Below the pieces are notes generated by a model that was not told the DNA's origin, did not search any database, and saw nothing but the letters and a program-made list of their open reading frames with translations. Below are positions 28,435 to 40,494 of a DNA stretch of 59,750 nt, piece after piece; position 1 is the stretch's first letter; each line of letters begins with the position of its first letter. Source of the DNA: Bdellovibrionota bacterium (GTDB lineage Bacteria; Bdellovibrionota_C; UBA2361; JBIKWN01); the NCBI GenBank assembly GCA_044356295.1, contig JBIKWN010000010.1:1-59750 (forward strand). The letters are read 5' to 3'. The position numbers were made by a program, and so were the translations under genes.

Positions 28435-29337
28435 ATGTCAATTCAATTTTCTTCAGTACTTGATTTTACCTCACTTCGTGGAGCACTCCCTTATATCAAG
28501 ACATTTCGTGACAAAATTTTTGTTATCAAAATGGGAGGCGATATCTGTGAAGATAGCGTTGCTACTGATCAAGTCATCGAACAACTATCTCTGTTAAGCC
28601 TTGTTGGTATTAAAATAATACTGGTACACGGTGGAGGAAAACACGCTACTTCATTAAGTTCTAAATTAGGAGTTGAAAGTGAGTTTGTTTCTGGACGACG
28701 TGTTACGTCGAAAGAGATGCTTGATGTTACAAAGATGTCTTTTGCAGGCCAGTTAAATACCGACCTGATTGCAGCATTTAGAAAACATGATATCCGAGCG
28801 GTTGGACTGAGTGGAATTGACGGAGGCCTGATAAAAGCTACAAAAAGAAGCCCTAAAAAAGTCTATGATCAAGAGCTAGGAAAGGAGCGAGAAGTTGATT
28901 TTGGCTTTGTAGCTGATATTGAATCAGTTGATGGCTCTGTTATCTCTCACTTACTAGCAGGAAATTACATCCCTGTGATTTGTTCTTTAGCATCTGATAA
29001 CGCTGGTCAGGTGTTAAATATTAATGCTGATACCCTCGCTTCTCGTATTGCAAGTTCAGTTGGTGCAACAAAGCTCTGTATTCTTGGGGCTGTTGATGGT
29101 GTGCTACAAGATGTAAGCGATCCGCAAACTCTCCTGTCAATTTTGAGTAAAAATGACGTTGAAAAGCTATTAAAAGGGACTGGTATCTCTGGGGGAATGA
29201 TTCCTAAGCTTACAACCTCATTGGATGCTATTGGTGCGGGAGTACCCCAGGTTCATATAATTTCTGGTATTCGAACCGATGCAATTTTACAAGAAATCTT
29301 TACTAATGAGGGCTCTGGTACGATGATTGTCCCCTAA
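28435..29337 (+). CDS. argB: N-acylglutamate kinase
   Basis: Start corrected to MSIQF (28435); IKMGG, VHGGG, GRRVT, NINAD, GGMIPK, EIFTNEGSGT. Confidence 0.96.
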   Translation: MSIQFSSVLDFTSLRGALPYIKTFRDKIFVIKMGGDICEDSVATDQVIEQLSLLSLVGIKIILVHGGGKHATSLSSKLGVESEFVSGRRVTSKEMLDVTKMSFAGQLNTDLIAAFRKHDIRAVGLSGIDGGLIKATKRSPKKVYDQELGKEREVDFGFVADIESVDGSVISHLLAGNYIPVICSLASDNAGQVLNINADTLASRIASSVGATKLCILGAVDGVLQDVSDPQTLLSILSKNDVEKLLKGTGISGGMIPKLTTSLDAIGAGVPQVHIISGIRTDAILQEIFTNEGSGTMIVP

Positions 29338-29338
29338 T

Positions 29339-30355
29339 ATGGATACAATACTAATTACCGGCTCCCAAGGAGAAGTTGGTCACTCATTGATTGAGTACTT
29401 TCTTGATGAGACCGACACATCAATTATCGCCTTAGATCTTCGCCCCCAAGAAAAAGATCTAAAATCAAAATATTCAGCAAGACTCACTCACGTGACTGCT
29501 GATATAACTGATCATCATGCTATAAAAAAAATATTTAGCGATTACTCTTTCACGGGAGTTTTTCACCTGGCTGCAATTCTTTCCTCTGGCGGAGAGCGTG
29601 AACCCGAGAGAACTCACGGTGTGAATGTAGGAGGAACACTCAACCTCCTATCAGCAGCTCAAGAAAGTAGTATCATACAGAAAAAATCGATTCGGTTTAT
29701 GTTTCCGAGCACCATTGCTGTTTACGGAATTCCTGCTGATGAAAAAAATCCAAAAGAGTCTATCAAAGAAAATGCATGGAATTTTCCAATCACAATGTAC
29801 GGAAATAACAAGCTCCATGTTGAAAATTTAGGAACGTACTACTCAGACTTTTATAAATTTCTGACATCTACTCCAGATGATATTCGACTTGATTTTAGAG
29901 CCGTTCGTTATCCTGGGCTACTCAGTGCGGATACGATGCCAACAGGTGGAACCAGTGATTACGGCTCAGAGATGATTCACGCTGGGGCTTCTGGTAAATC
30001 CTATTCTTGTTTTGTTCCTCCGACAGCCAAGCTTCCATTTATGACTATGCCTGATGCAGTTCGTGCGATGATCGAGCTCTACCAAGCACCTCAGTCTTCA
30101 CTAACAAGACGATCATACAATGTTGGCAGTTTCTCTGTTACAGCAAAACAGATCGAGGAAAAGGTTCGTCAATCTTTTGGCAATATTGAAGTAACATATA
30201 ATCCGAATCTAAAACGTTCAGCTATTGTTGCATCATGGCCAGGCGACATTGACGATAGCAAGGCCCAGAAAGACTGGAATTGGAAATCTAACTATTCATT
30301 TGATTCAGCATTTTCAGAATACTTAATACCTTCGATTAGGAAAAAATATGCATAA
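29339..30355 (+). CDS. tdh: L-threonine 3-dehydrogenase, SDR/GalE-like type
   Basis: [46 protein letters not shown]; immediately upstream of kbl. Alternative start 29327. Confidence 0.85.
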   Translation: MDTILITGSQGEVGHSLIEYFLDETDTSIIALDLRPQEKDLKSKYSARLTHVTADITDHHAIKKIFSDYSFTGVFHLAAILSSGGEREPERTHGVNVGGTLNLLSAAQESSIIQKKSIRFMFPSTIAVYGIPADEKNPKESIKENAWNFPITMYGNNKLHVENLGTYYSDFYKFLTSTPDDIRLDFRAVRYPGLLSADTMPTGGTSDYGSEMIHAGASGKSYSCFVPPTAKLPFMTMPDAVRAMIELYQAPQSSLTRRSYNVGSFSVTAKQIEEKVRQSFGNIEVTYNPNLKRSAIVASWPGDIDDSKAQKDWNWKSNYSFDSAFSEYLIPSIRKKYA

Positions 30356-31541
30356 TACTCAAGAACTACTAGCTCCATTTGTTTCAACGCTTGAAGAGAT
30401 CAAATCTGCTGGGCTCTATAAAACAGAGCGCATCATAAAAAGCCCTCAAAAAGTAGAAATTACAGTAAACGACAAAACAGTCCTTAATTTCTGCGCAAAT
30501 AACTACCTTGGCCTTGCCGATGACTCTCGAATTAAAGCTGCAGCAATAAAGGGAATTGAACAATTTGGATTTGGTCTCGCTTCCGTTCGATTTATATGCG
30601 GAACACAATCAATTCATAAACAGCTTGAGCAAGAGATTGCATCTTTTCTTGGCACGGACGACACAATTCTTTACTCGTCTTGTTTTGATGCAAATGGTGG
30701 ATTATTCGAAACTATTCTGGGCGAAGAAGATGCAATTATCAGTGATGCCTTAAATCACGCATCGATTATTGATGGTATTCGTTTATGTAAAGCCAAACGT
30801 TTCCGTTATGCAAATGGAGATATGGATGAGCTTGAAGCTCATCTAAAAACTGCAAGAAAAGAAGGTGCTAAGAAAATTCTGATTGCAACAGATGGAGTCT
30901 TCTCGATGGATGGATACGTTGCAAAGCTTGATGCAATCGTAGAACTTGCTCACCGCTACGATGCACTCACCATGGTCGATGATTGTCACGCAACAGGATT
31001 TTTTGGCGCCACTGGTCGTGGTTCAATTGAACACTGTAATGTTATGGGTAAAATTGACGTTATTACTTCGACCCTCGGAAAAGCATTAGGTGGTGCTTCA
31101 GGCGGATTCACTTCTGGAAGAAAGCCTATTATCGATCTTCTCCGTCAAAGAAGTCGTCCCTATTTATTTAGTAACTCATTAGCCCCTGCAATTGTTACTG
31201 CAAGTCTTGAGTGTTTAAGGATCCTTAAAGAGAACACAGGTGCAATTAATCAATTAAAAGAGAACACAGCATTTTTCAGAAAAAGCCTTTCAGATGCAGG
31301 ATTCAGTCTAAAAGAAGGAATCCATCCAATCATTCCTGTAATGATTGGTGATGCCAAGAAAGCTTCTGAATTTGCGGATGCTTTACTTGCCGAAGGAATT
31401 TATGTCATCGGTTTTTCTTTTCCTGTTGTTCCAAAGGGAGCCGCTCGAATACGAACTCAAATGTCTGCGGCACACACAAAAGAACAGCTTGAAAAAGCTG
31501 TTGCATGTTTTATAAAAGTAAAAGAAAAGTTGTCTCTTTAG
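30348..31541 (+). CDS. kbl: 2-amino-3-ketobutyrate CoA ligase
   Basis: [43 protein letters not shown]. Confidence 0.97.
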   Translation: MHNTQELLAPFVSTLEEIKSAGLYKTERIIKSPQKVEITVNDKTVLNFCANNYLGLADDSRIKAAAIKGIEQFGFGLASVRFICGTQSIHKQLEQEIASFLGTDDTILYSSCFDANGGLFETILGEEDAIISDALNHASIIDGIRLCKAKRFRYANGDMDELEAHLKTARKEGAKKILIATDGVFSMDGYVAKLDAIVELAHRYDALTMVDDCHATGFFGATGRGSIEHCNVMGKIDVITSTLGKALGGASGGFTSGRKPIIDLLRQRSRPYLFSNSLAPAIVTASLECLRILKENTGAINQLKENTAFFRKSLSDAGFSLKEGIHPIIPVMIGDAKKASEFADALLAEGIYVIGFSFPVVPKGAARIRTQMSAAHTKEQLEKAVACFIKVKEKLSL

Positions 31542-31549
31542 AATATGTA

Positions 31550-32164
31550 TTAGTGAATCACACCGCTTTCTAGTACGGATCGGAATTGAAGTGTAACACT
31601 GAGCTGCTCACGATTTATCAAGAATTGTTCAGACCATCCAGTTTGTGAACCTTTATGCACACAGACGAGGTCTAATAATAAATTTTGATGGTGATCAGCA
31701 TCGTCTCGGGCAATGCCACGAATCTCAGCATAGCCAACCGCAGATAAGCAGTAACTTAAAATTAGTTCTCCAATACTTTCTGAAGGAGCCACATTTGCAC
31801 CCAGTTCCTTAGAATATGACAACCCTAATCGAATTTGCCTCCGTCGGAACCATTTCTCTTCGGGACGAAGCAACGATTCGTTGAAGCTAAAATGCTGATC
31901 GACTGGTTCTGTAATTGGGTATTCTGACAAAATTGACTCAATTGGAGCAGTGACGGTTCCAATAACCCTTTTTTTAATAAGAAAAACAAAGGTTACTTGG
32001 TCTGGGGCGTGTTCAATGTCTCTGCTTATAAAAATACTCTTTTTTTCGGAGCACCAACTTAAAGCTATTTCTTCAAGAGAGCGAGAAGAACGGCAAAGAG
32101 ATCTGAGCTCCCGTGTTGATACGGGGAATCGTCGATGAGAGGCGGGCTGAAAATTACTAAACAT
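31550..32164 (-). CDS. Hypothetical protein
   Basis: 204-aa ORF with an AGGAG ribosome-binding site upstream; no recognised motif. Confidence 0.6.
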   Translation of the reverse strand: MFSNFQPASHRRFPVSTRELRSLCRSSRSLEEIALSWCSEKKSIFISRDIEHAPDQVTFVFLIKKRVIGTVTAPIESILSEYPITEPVDQHFSFNESLLRPEEKWFRRRQIRLGLSYSKELGANVAPSESIGELILSYCLSAVGYAEIRGIARDDADHHQNLLLDLVCVHKGSQTGWSEQFLINREQLSVTLQFRSVLESGVIH

Positions 32165-32258
32165 CTCCTGCTATAGGAGAACGATATACAGCTTTTAAAT
32201 ATCCGAAAAGGGGTTTTCTTTAAGTAATTTAAACTTAGTAAGAATTTTTAAGGGGCTT

Positions 32259-34352
32259 TCAGTGAAAAAGAGGCTCTATAGATGCACCTGCATGCGAAAT
32301 TTTAACTGTTTTAGCTATCCAGTCGACAAGTTCACTATATTTAATTGGTTTTTGAATAAAACTTAAGGCTCCTCGACTGAGCAGCCTTGATACTTCAAGG
32401 TCGTCTACGTACCCACTAATAAGCACAATTTGAGCATCAGGATTGATGGCTTTTAGTTTTTCAAAACTCTCAGCTCCGCTGCACCCAGGCATCTTCATAT
32501 CGAGTAAAATCAACGATACAGTGCTTTGATGTTTCTGGTACCAGGTGAAGGCTTCAAAAGGATCTGAAAAGCTAAATGTTTTAAAACCTGCACGCTGAAG
32601 AAAGCTACAGGCTAATTCAGCGAGAACGGGTTCATCATCTATTACCAAGATTGTTCCAAGTGGCGCATCTTGCTCACGACTAACCGAGACCTGAGCATCG
32701 AGCGATCCCTTATCGTGATCTCCCGCAAGTGGAAGATAAAGAGAGAATACCGTACCTGAACCAACCTGTGAATCAACTTCAATCCATCCGCCGTGTTTTT
32801 GTACAATTGCATACGCCATTGAAAGACCAAGACCAGTGCCAGTACCATTTTTTTTAGTCGTAAAAAATGGCTCAAAAATTTTAGAAAGATACTCTTCTTT
32901 AATACCACATCCAGTATCACTAATTGTTAGAACTACGTAACGACCAGGCTCGGCGATTGGATTACAGAATTTAACCTGATCAACCTCAGAAACTGAATAG
33001 TGAAATCCAATGGTCCCACCATTGGGCATAGCATGAATTGCATTAATAATAAGATTAGTAATTACTTGTGATAGTTGGTTTTTATCAGCAAAAATCAAAT
33101 GGTCTAAAACCTGTCCACTCATTTTTACTGAGGTTTGTTTACCTAATATCCCTCTTGATAACTCAATAGAACTATCAACGACTGACTTTAAACTAACTTT
33201 AGTCATTGCTAGCTCAGCTTGTGAAGAAAAAGACAAAAGCTGTTTAATCATATCACTAGCAACTCGGCACCCAAGAAGGGCTGCGTCTGCACTCTCTCTG
33301 GTCTGATCACTTATCTCTGAGTTCAATTTTATAAGGTTTAAGTGCCCTACGACAGCGGTCAGATGATTATTTAAGTCATGTGCAAGCCCTGCTGCTAGCT
33401 GCCCTACCGCTTCCATTTTTTGTAACTGAAACAGATGCTGCTGCAAGGCTACATTTTCAGTTGATGATTTTTTTTGTTCAGTGATATCGATGTGACACGC
33501 AATATTACCAACGACTTCACCGTGAACGTTTCTATAAGGACAGGCGTTAACGATTGTTGACAATGGTTTTCCACTTTTACTCAATTGAGTTACTTCATAA
33601 GAATCTGACTGTCCTGCACGACGTCTGGAAGTTCCTTCGGATATTTTATGCTGCTCTTCTATCGGTATGAGAAACTTATACGCTTGTTTTCCTAAGATCT
33701 CCTCAGGTAAATATCCAAGCATCTGTGCGTAACGATGATTTACATAAATTATAGTATCATCAAGATCTCCAATTGAAACGCCCTCTGTAAGATTATCAAG
33801 GACGGTTCTAAATCTTAGATCGAGCTCTTCCTTACTCGCTGTTAGTTTTTCTCGATGCAAAATTGGGCTCACTAATAAAGAAACAACTTTTAAGGATTCA
33901 ATAAGTGTTTCTGAAAAAGTTTGAGACTTATTCACCATGTCTATCCCAATAATTGCAACCGGAACGTTGTCTAACTTAATAGGGAAAGCAAGGATGCCTT
34001 TAAGCATTTGGCGACTACATACTTCTCGCTCTAATACAGCAGATTCGGGAATTGAGTTTGTATCTTCGATACAAAGCAGACCTTCGGTAAAAAGCTTTTC
34101 AGTAAACCAGGCAAGTTCATTCATCGGAAAAACTTCATCAATTTGAAGTCCTGACGGTACCCCATCCTTACACCATTCATGGGTTACTAATGCTTGCTCT
34201 TTTTTTAACTGAATTATCCAAGAACGATCGGCAGACGAAAATGAACCAATTTTTGCTAATAAAGTATTGAAAGTTTCATCAGAATTCGAACGCGAGTAAT
34301 CGCTAAATATGTGGGATATTTCAGTAAGAAATTTAAATCCAGACTTCGGCAT
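32259..34352 (-). CDS. Hybrid sensor histidine kinase (GAF-PAS-HisKA-HATPase-REC)
   Basis: [51 protein letters not shown] receiver. Confidence 0.95.
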   Translation of the reverse strand: MPKSGFKFLTEISHIFSDYSRSNSDETFNTLLAKIGSFSSADRSWIIQLKKEQALVTHEWCKDGVPSGLQIDEVFPMNELAWFTEKLFTEGLLCIEDTNSIPESAVLEREVCSRQMLKGILAFPIKLDNVPVAIIGIDMVNKSQTFSETLIESLKVVSLLVSPILHREKLTASKEELDLRFRTVLDNLTEGVSIGDLDDTIIYVNHRYAQMLGYLPEEILGKQAYKFLIPIEEQHKISEGTSRRRAGQSDSYEVTQLSKSGKPLSTIVNACPYRNVHGEVVGNIACHIDITEQKKSSTENVALQQHLFQLQKMEAVGQLAAGLAHDLNNHLTAVVGHLNLIKLNSEISDQTRESADAALLGCRVASDMIKQLLSFSSQAELAMTKVSLKSVVDSSIELSRGILGKQTSVKMSGQVLDHLIFADKNQLSQVITNLIINAIHAMPNGGTIGFHYSVSEVDQVKFCNPIAEPGRYVVLTISDTGCGIKEEYLSKIFEPFFTTKKNGTGTGLGLSMAYAIVQKHGGWIEVDSQVGSGTVFSLYLPLAGDHDKGSLDAQVSVSREQDAPLGTILVIDDEPVLAELACSFLQRAGFKTFSFSDPFEAFTWYQKHQSTVSLILLDMKMPGCSGAESFEKLKAINPDAQIVLISGYVDDLEVSRLLSRGALSFIQKPIKYSELVDWIAKTVKISHAGASIEPLFH

Positions 34353-34414
34353 TATCCTTATGATACTAACCGAAGGCTAAGACCTAATAAAAGGAAAAAG
34401 AGCCCGGCTATGCA

Positions 34415-34816
34415 TTAAAGGAATCTGCTTCGTATATTGTGTGGTGGGATGGGGCAACTATCTAATTTTCCAAAGATTTTATACCTATTCTGGGCAACCA
34501 GGTCATATATATAATCTCTCAAAGCAAGCGGAAAAACACTAAATAAGCTTATTATAGACCACACCCCGCCTAGAATAACTAAGACATAGAAAACAGCATC
34601 ACTTTTCTTTCGAATACTTCCATCCGATTCATCCAGAACAAAAACAGATTCACCAGGCTCAAAAGTGAAATTAAATTTATCTGCAAATTCCTGAGCAAGA
34701 GAGTTTTCTTGAGCTAAAAAAAAGAATTTTCCTTGTGTATCAAATCGAATAACAAAAAGTATGAACCAATTGCAAAGTGCGCAAACTCCATCATAGAAAA
34801 TTATTTTTCGATTCAT
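34415..34816 (-). CDS. DCC-family thiol-disulfide oxidoreductase (DUF393)
   Basis: FYDGVCALC; YDLVAQNRYKIFGK. Confidence 0.92.
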   Translation of the reverse strand: MNRKIIFYDGVCALCNWFILFVIRFDTQGKFFFLAQENSLAQEFADKFNFTFEPGESVFVLDESDGSIRKKSDAVFYVLVILGGVWSIISLFSVFPLALRDYIYDLVAQNRYKIFGKLDSCPIPPHNIRSRFL

Positions 34817-35772
34817 AATCGAGCATTAAATCCGATTTGAACTCTGTGATCTTGCAGTGTTTGTAAACCATCATTATCGTTTGAAATTGGTGCATCAATT
34901 TTAACATACACTAAGTATCGATTATTAAAGGTAAGATCTACTCTTGGTCCAAAGGCTAAAAATGATTGACCAGTATCAACTACATCAAATCCATTCTGGG
35001 TGTCTTTATTTTTTGTTAAACCAGAAAGAAATAATTGGCCATCAAACGAGAAATCATGGTCTTCATAGAAACGACGACCAACTCCTACATTCCACCTTAG
35101 GTCATTACCATATTGATAACTCTGGTCTCCTTCTGTTCGAAGATTATATTGAACTAAAGCATCGACAAGCCATGAATTAAACTCTGAACGAATTCCTGTA
35201 GCTATTGGAAAATCAAAGGATCCACTTCCTGGGGAAACTGCACCGCCGTATATTCCTGTTTCGCTCCAAGTATTTTGAGAAGTCTCTGAAAGTCTATCAG
35301 TCCCACCTGAGGGAAGTTTTAAACCACCAAAGAAATCCCATTGAAACATCCCGCCACCTCTTAAAGCTTTCCTTAAAAGCACTACATCTGCATAGACTGC
35401 AACATCACCAACGCCACTTTCACTATCAGTATCAAATTCACCCGCAACTCTTCTTTTAATATTATGATTAACAATCGGAACAGCAGTTAACAGTGAGAAT
35501 CGATCTGAAAATGAATATTGAGCTGTGAACTCAGTAACATTAATTTTTTGATTTTGGCTACCTAATGCATTTTCATCATTTCCGTCACGCTTTGTTTTTG
35601 AATAACCCAGCAGATCTTCTCGAACACCTACTTCTAGGTTTTTAGCTTGATGTTCTCGAACAAGGAGAGGTGTATAGATACCGCAAAAATCACAGGCTTG
35701 AGCTTTTTGAGCTACCAAGAGCAAAGCAGAGAGTAATATAAATGCGCTTGTCGCTAAAAGGTGTTTTTTCAT
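34813..35772 (-). CDS. Outer-membrane beta-barrel transporter-like protein with N-terminal CxxC
   Basis: Signal peptide then ACDFCG; SGVGD, GLKLPSG, PGSGSFD; alternating beta-strand pattern. Confidence 0.72.
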   Translation of the reverse strand: MKKHLLATSAFILLSALLLVAQKAQACDFCGIYTPLLVREHQAKNLEVGVREDLLGYSKTKRDGNDENALGSQNQKINVTEFTAQYSFSDRFSLLTAVPIVNHNIKRRVAGEFDTDSESGVGDVAVYADVVLLRKALRGGGMFQWDFFGGLKLPSGGTDRLSETSQNTWSETGIYGGAVSPGSGSFDFPIATGIRSEFNSWLVDALVQYNLRTEGDQSYQYGNDLRWNVGVGRRFYEDHDFSFDGQLFLSGLTKNKDTQNGFDVVDTGQSFLAFGPRVDLTFNNRYLVYVKIDAPISNDNDGLQTLQDHRVQIGFNARL

Positions 35773-35807
35773 AGGCAAAGTTATATCGAATTATTTACAC
35801 TCTTACC

Positions 35808-36248
35808 ATGGCGGAAACGAAATGGAATGGTCGATTACAGCAAGCTGATATTAAAATTTCTGCCTCAAGAAGCACAGGGCCAGGAGGACAAAATGTCAAC
35901 AAACGAAGCACCAAGGCAGAGGTGATTTTTGAAATCCATAACTCAAACAACCTCTCAAAGACAGAGGCAGAAAGACTCATTAAATATTTAACACAATACA
36001 AACGCTCTCTACTCGCTGGAACAACGGGTGCTGAGTATATTCTGATGAATTCTTCCGAACACAGAACCTTTCTGCGGAATAAAGAAGTAGCGATACATAA
36101 GCTTGAAATACTCATCAGCAAAGCATTGCTTATACCAAAGCAAAGAAAAAAAACTAAGCCAACAAAAGGATCGATTGAAAAAAGAATTACTTCAAAGAAA
36201 AAAAATTCTTTGAATAAATTATTCCGAAGTAAAAAAAATCTAGATTAG
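35808..36248 (+). CDS. arfB: Alternative ribosome-rescue peptidyl-tRNA hydrolase
   Basis: SRSTGPGGQNVNK; basic tail RKKTKPTKGS..KR...KK. Confidence 0.93.
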   Translation: MAETKWNGRLQQADIKISASRSTGPGGQNVNKRSTKAEVIFEIHNSNNLSKTEAERLIKYLTQYKRSLLAGTTGAEYILMNSSEHRTFLRNKEVAIHKLEILISKALLIPKQRKKTKPTKGSIEKRITSKKKNSLNKLFRSKKNLD

Positions 36249-36252
36249 GAAA

Positions 36253-36738
36253 TTACTTAAATAAATCAAATCCTGTTAAAAAAGATTGGTTATAGGAACC
36301 AATTATTTTTATTTCTTCTCCTTCCTTAAGTGTTATTTCTTTTATTGGATAATACGAGCGCTGAGTAACTTGAAACGGTATTGAGATATATCCTCCTGAT
36401 TGATCAGAGTCTGCGATAATACCAGAGATTATTTGTTGGAAATGATTTGGCTTATCACCCATTTTTGGTTCAGTTCGTAAATAGCTACAACTACTAACAC
36501 GACCTGTAACTTCCAGTCGTCTTTCAAATTCGATTCCGGGCGCCCCTAATTATTTGATTTTGGGAACTCCAAAAAAAACTTGGCTTGGTGTTACTTTTTC
36601 AGGAGGTCTCATCGAATCCATAAGGGCAGTAGCACCGTAACTAATAGGAATTAAAGTAGCGAATGCTCCAAGAACTTTGGCTGCTGTGATCGAGTGCTCT
36701 CTGAGTGCTTCTTTTTGATACCAACCGAGTTTTAACAT
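36253..36738 (-). pseudogene. Membrane-anchored hypothetical gene interrupted by one in-frame TAA
   Basis: ORFs 36550-36738 and 36253-36462 share a frame, and the codons between them are open (K*LGAPGIEFERRLEVTGRVSSCSYLRTEPKMGD). Confidence 0.65.
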
Positions 36739-36765
36739 TTTTTTAATATTAGAAAAAAATTACTA

Positions 36766-37566
36766 CTAACTCCAGAGCTCAATTGGTGCATGTCGAACAA
36801 TTGCTCTAAGAATATCGCCTCTTGTTAGAATACCTACCAATAATCCGTTTTCATCAAGTATTGGAAGACATCCAATATGGTATTGAATCATGACTTCTGC
36901 AATGGTAGGAATCTCGGTTTGAGGACGTGCGGTTAAGATATTCGTCTTCATCTTATCTTTGATAAGTACCTTTTTTAAAGAGGCATGAGGAATTCCTCCA
37001 ATAAAATCCCTATCGGAAAGAATTCCTATAACTTTTCCTTCTGCTGAAATAATTGGTATATGACGAAAATGGTGTTGTTTAAATAGACGCTCAGCTTCCT
37101 CTAATGATGATTCAGATTTCAGAGTGATAACGGATGCTGTCATGATATCGGACGCGATTACTACAGGTTTTTTCTCTTTCTTGAGAGTGAAAGGTTGATA
37201 CTGATTTTTTTTTATTGGATTTACTCGGTGCGGTAATCTTTCAGAGGCGTCATCTACAAGTGAAGAAGCTTCAATGGAGGTAACTCGAGGAATTACCTCT
37301 TCATGGGTGACTTCATTTTGCGCGTCGGACTCATGTTGGTGATAAGCCATAGCAGCACCAGCACGTGCTATGTTATGTGCATTTGCAGTTACCGATAGTT
37401 CTCTTCCAAATGAATTCGTATGACCTTCATAGACGGCTGCTTCCTCAACTATTTGAGAGAAATTAACCTTCCCAACTTCTGCAACCTGTTTTATTTCATT
37501 AGAAATAGGTGATATTCCAGGATTAAAAGGAGTCAGTGAACCAGAGATGCTTGATACATAGAACAT
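36766..37566 (-). CDS. CBS-domain protein
   Basis: C-terminal CBS pair (ASDIMT..VITL, FRHIPI, GILSDRD; IGCLPI, GILTRGD). Confidence 0.9.
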   Translation of the reverse strand: MFYVSSISGSLTPFNPGISPISNEIKQVAEVGKVNFSQIVEEAAVYEGHTNSFGRELSVTANAHNIARAGAAMAYHQHESDAQNEVTHEEVIPRVTSIEASSLVDDASERLPHRVNPIKKNQYQPFTLKKEKKPVVIASDIMTASVITLKSESSLEEAERLFKQHHFRHIPIISAEGKVIGILSDRDFIGGIPHASLKKVLIKDKMKTNILTARPQTEIPTIAEVMIQYHIGCLPILDENGLLVGILTRGDILRAIVRHAPIELWS

Positions 37567-37645
37567 AGTGGATCTATATCATGAATATCGACGTTGTGGC
37601 TGATTATTTTATAATTTAGTGACTCTCAAGTCAGAGGTTAAAAAC

Positions 37646-38041
37646 TTACGCTAACTTTAACTCTGCTTCCTCACGAGCTGTTATTCTTTTAACTGCAGTT
37701 TTCCTTAAGTCTTGAATAGATTTAATTGTGTCTTCGTATGTTTGACCATCCTCATTTGTCCACTTTGGGGCACTTGGATGACTTAGCTTAACGCCACTCG
37801 AGCGAAGACAGAATCGGTATTGATCGTGAGCATAAAGAGCATCTTGAATGATTCTGTGATAAAGCCTTTCGACATCCACTAAAGAATCTAATTGATCAAA
37901 CTGTCTATTAAATGGAAGGTTATTTTTATTTACATCAAAAACTGAACTTTTGAAGCCGTACGCTTTGGCCATTTCAGCTTTATTAATATCAGCTATATCT
38001 TTAATGACGTATCGTCCCGAAGAGGCAGCAGGATCTATCAC
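37646..38041 (-). CDS. Hypothetical ORF, possibly the frameshifted C-terminus of the upstream 794-aa gene
   Basis: GTG start; the frame stays open upstream past the stop of 38110-40494. Confidence 0.5.
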   Translation of the reverse strand: MIDPAASSGRYVIKDIADINKAEMAKAYGFKSSVFDVNKNNLPFNRQFDQLDSLVDVERLYHRIIQDALYAHDQYRFCLRSSGVKLSHPSAPKWTNEDGQTYEDTIKSIQDLRKTAVKRITAREEAELKLA

Positions 38042-38109
38042 ACCACCAAAAGTGTTTTGATCAACTGGGGTCTGCTCGATTAAACGGCCACGTGGCTGAC
38101 CCCCTGCCT

Positions 38110-40494
38110 TTACATCTTTTCGGGGGATTCTACTGGGGGTTCTTCAGAGCCATTTCCTGTTATTTTATCAAACCAACTTCCAAAGAATCCTCTTTTTTTC
38201 ACTACTGGCTCTTCTTCTAGAGGTGCGGATACTTCCTCAGCTCCCTTGGAAGCCGGTGCTACTGTAGCTTTAACATCAGTTTCTAAAGGACTAGAAAGAG
38301 GTTCTGGTTCTGGTTCTGGTTCTGGTTCAGTAGGTGCTACAACTTCCTCAACGATAACTTCAGTTGGACCTCCAACAACTTCGTCAGTAACAGCGCCTTC
38401 TTCTAAATCGCCATCTACCGGTGGAGCACTATCAACATTGCCTTTGGGTGCTTCTATAGTTGCCTCATCTTTATCCAAATCTTCACCTAGCTTAGGCGTT
38501 GAACGTACTTCAATAATTTGTTCACCTACAGCTTCAGGAAAACGTTCTTGAAGTTTTAAAGCAGATTTAATAATTCTCTGCGCAGAGCTTAAATGTCCAG
38601 CAGTTAATGCATCGGCTGCATTCGCTAATAGTTGATTATAACTTTCGTTAAGATCATTTTTAGCAATATTTACAACAGCTGAAATACTATCAGGTCCACC
38701 TTCTTCAATTTGTTTTTCTAATCTTTCAAACATTGCACGAGCTTTAGCAATCACATCGACTCGTAATGATTCTATAGAGGCAGATTCAAGAGCATCTAAA
38801 GATGCTTCAAGACGTGAGTGTTTTTCTGCTATCTCTTGAGCTGCGTCAATTTTCGCTGAAAGCATTTCATTTGCTGTTTCAAGACTTGCATAAAGTTCAG
38901 CTGAAAGGGCGGCATCGTGTTTACCCTCATTTAATTCATTGATATACAATTCACAAAATTGAATGTCTTTATTAAGTCTTTCTACCTGAGAAATATCTGG
39001 ATTTTCCAAATCAGTTACTTCAACAAGACAATCTCTTTCTTCAGTGAGATCAATTAAAATCTGAAACCAAGCATCAATTTCATCTGCTACAACATAAGTA
39101 AGAGCAAGCTCAATCTCAGATTTTTCATAGCCTATGTCGAAAACTTCTTGTTCTGCGGCATCAAAATCAGTCTCAGTTAAATTGAGTTGTTCTTTCAAGC
39201 TTTCAAATTTTGAAGTTCGACTCACTGGCTTATCTTCAATTGCAGATTTCAGCATATCCGTTAACTGAATCGCACTTTCACTATCTGGCGCCTGTCTAAT
39301 GCTATCTTTTAAATTTTCAATATTTTGTTTTGATAATTCGTGGAGCACTTCCTCCGCGGCAATAGGGTCAGCATGTGCAATCGCAGCAATTCTTTCTACA
39401 GCATCTGTTGCAGTTAAAGGTGTTTGACTCACATTATGGCCAATTGCTGGCAAAAACTTAGGTGCTATTATTGCAGGCAATTCTAGGTTACTGATTTGAG
39501 CAACAGACTGCCCAGCTCTTCTGAGAAGGTTAACTGCTTTCCCCAAAAAGACAGATGCGTTTTTAATTTCACCACTTTCAAAACTGTCTTCTATATTGCT
39601 TACAAGTTCGATTTTTCTCTCTTGAACAACAGATGACAGTGCGTCATTGAGAATATCTAAGCAAGCACTTGCCGCTTCAGGTTCAATTGCTCCGCCCACC
39701 AATACATTTACCAAACGTGGGCTTTTTGTATTTGCAACTGCAGCAAGTATTTTTCCATGTTCTTCTTGTGATAACTGATCAGGATTACGTTCAGCGAGAA
39801 GTCCATTTAATGTTTTTTGTGCAGTATGAAGCGCACGCTCTTCACTGGCTTGCATCTTGGAAAGATTATTCAAAGTAGCTTCTTCAGCTTTAATCGTACT
39901 TTTTAAAGCCTCATCATAATCACCATTTTCTAAGTCTAGAATTCTCTGATTTAAGTCAGCAATACTTGTAGTAAGAAGCATCGTATCAACGGCAGCATCA
40001 AAGGGATCGCTTTCATGCTGCTCTTTTATAAGCGCATTTCTTCTATCGACCTCTTCTTTTATCGCATTAGGAACAATTGCTTCGATTTTTTTTCTTTGTT
40101 CTTCAATCAAATCAGATCGGTCTGCAAGCTTATCTATAAGTACGTTCACCGATTCTTCGCTCTTGGCTAATACTTGATCATTTACGAAAAGGTCTTTTGC
40201 ATTTGTAATATGACTTGCAATTGCCTTTTGTTCCGCCGAACCTGGCTCCGCATTTAGGTAGCTCGAACGCATTTCATCTTTCAAAATGCCGAAAGATACA
40301 TGAAGCTCTTTTATGACAGCAGTTGGATCAAACGAAGTAACAACCTTCATAAGTTTCAAAGCTTTCGCGCCTAGTTCTGATAGAATTTGTTTTTGTTCTA
40401 CAGGTGCTACTTCTGGGGTTGCGCCATTCGAAGATGTATTTAAATCCTGATCAGGATTATTAAGTTCTTGCTTTGATTGTGTTGCTGCGCTCAT
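38110..40494 (-). CDS. Large acidic coiled-coil orphan protein
   Basis: 794 aa, E/A/L-rich; PEPEPEPEP linker and KKRGFFGSWF amphipathic segment near the C-terminus. Confidence 0.8.
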   Translation of the reverse strand: MSAATQSKQELNNPDQDLNTSSNGATPEVAPVEQKQILSELGAKALKLMKVVTSFDPTAVIKELHVSFGILKDEMRSSYLNAEPGSAEQKAIASHITNAKDLFVNDQVLAKSEESVNVLIDKLADRSDLIEEQRKKIEAIVPNAIKEEVDRRNALIKEQHESDPFDAAVDTMLLTTSIADLNQRILDLENGDYDEALKSTIKAEEATLNNLSKMQASEERALHTAQKTLNGLLAERNPDQLSQEEHGKILAAVANTKSPRLVNVLVGGAIEPEAASACLDILNDALSSVVQERKIELVSNIEDSFESGEIKNASVFLGKAVNLLRRAGQSVAQISNLELPAIIAPKFLPAIGHNVSQTPLTATDAVERIAAIAHADPIAAEEVLHELSKQNIENLKDSIRQAPDSESAIQLTDMLKSAIEDKPVSRTSKFESLKEQLNLTETDFDAAEQEVFDIGYEKSEIELALTYVVADEIDAWFQILIDLTEERDCLVEVTDLENPDISQVERLNKDIQFCELYINELNEGKHDAALSAELYASLETANEMLSAKIDAAQEIAEKHSRLEASLDALESASIESLRVDVIAKARAMFERLEKQIEEGGPDSISAVVNIAKNDLNESYNQLLANAADALTAGHLSSAQRIIKSALKLQERFPEAVGEQIIEVRSTPKLGEDLDKDEATIEAPKGNVDSAPPVDGDLEEGAVTDEVVGGPTEVIVEEVVAPTEPEPEPEPEPLSSPLETDVKATVAPASKGAEEVSAPLEEEPVVKKRGFFGSWFDKITGNGSEEPPVESPEKM

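Noticed and set aside
38300..38328. (GGTTCT)n microsatellite as a phase-variation tract
   Set aside because: The 6-nt unit keeps the frame and simply encodes a PEPEPE linker.
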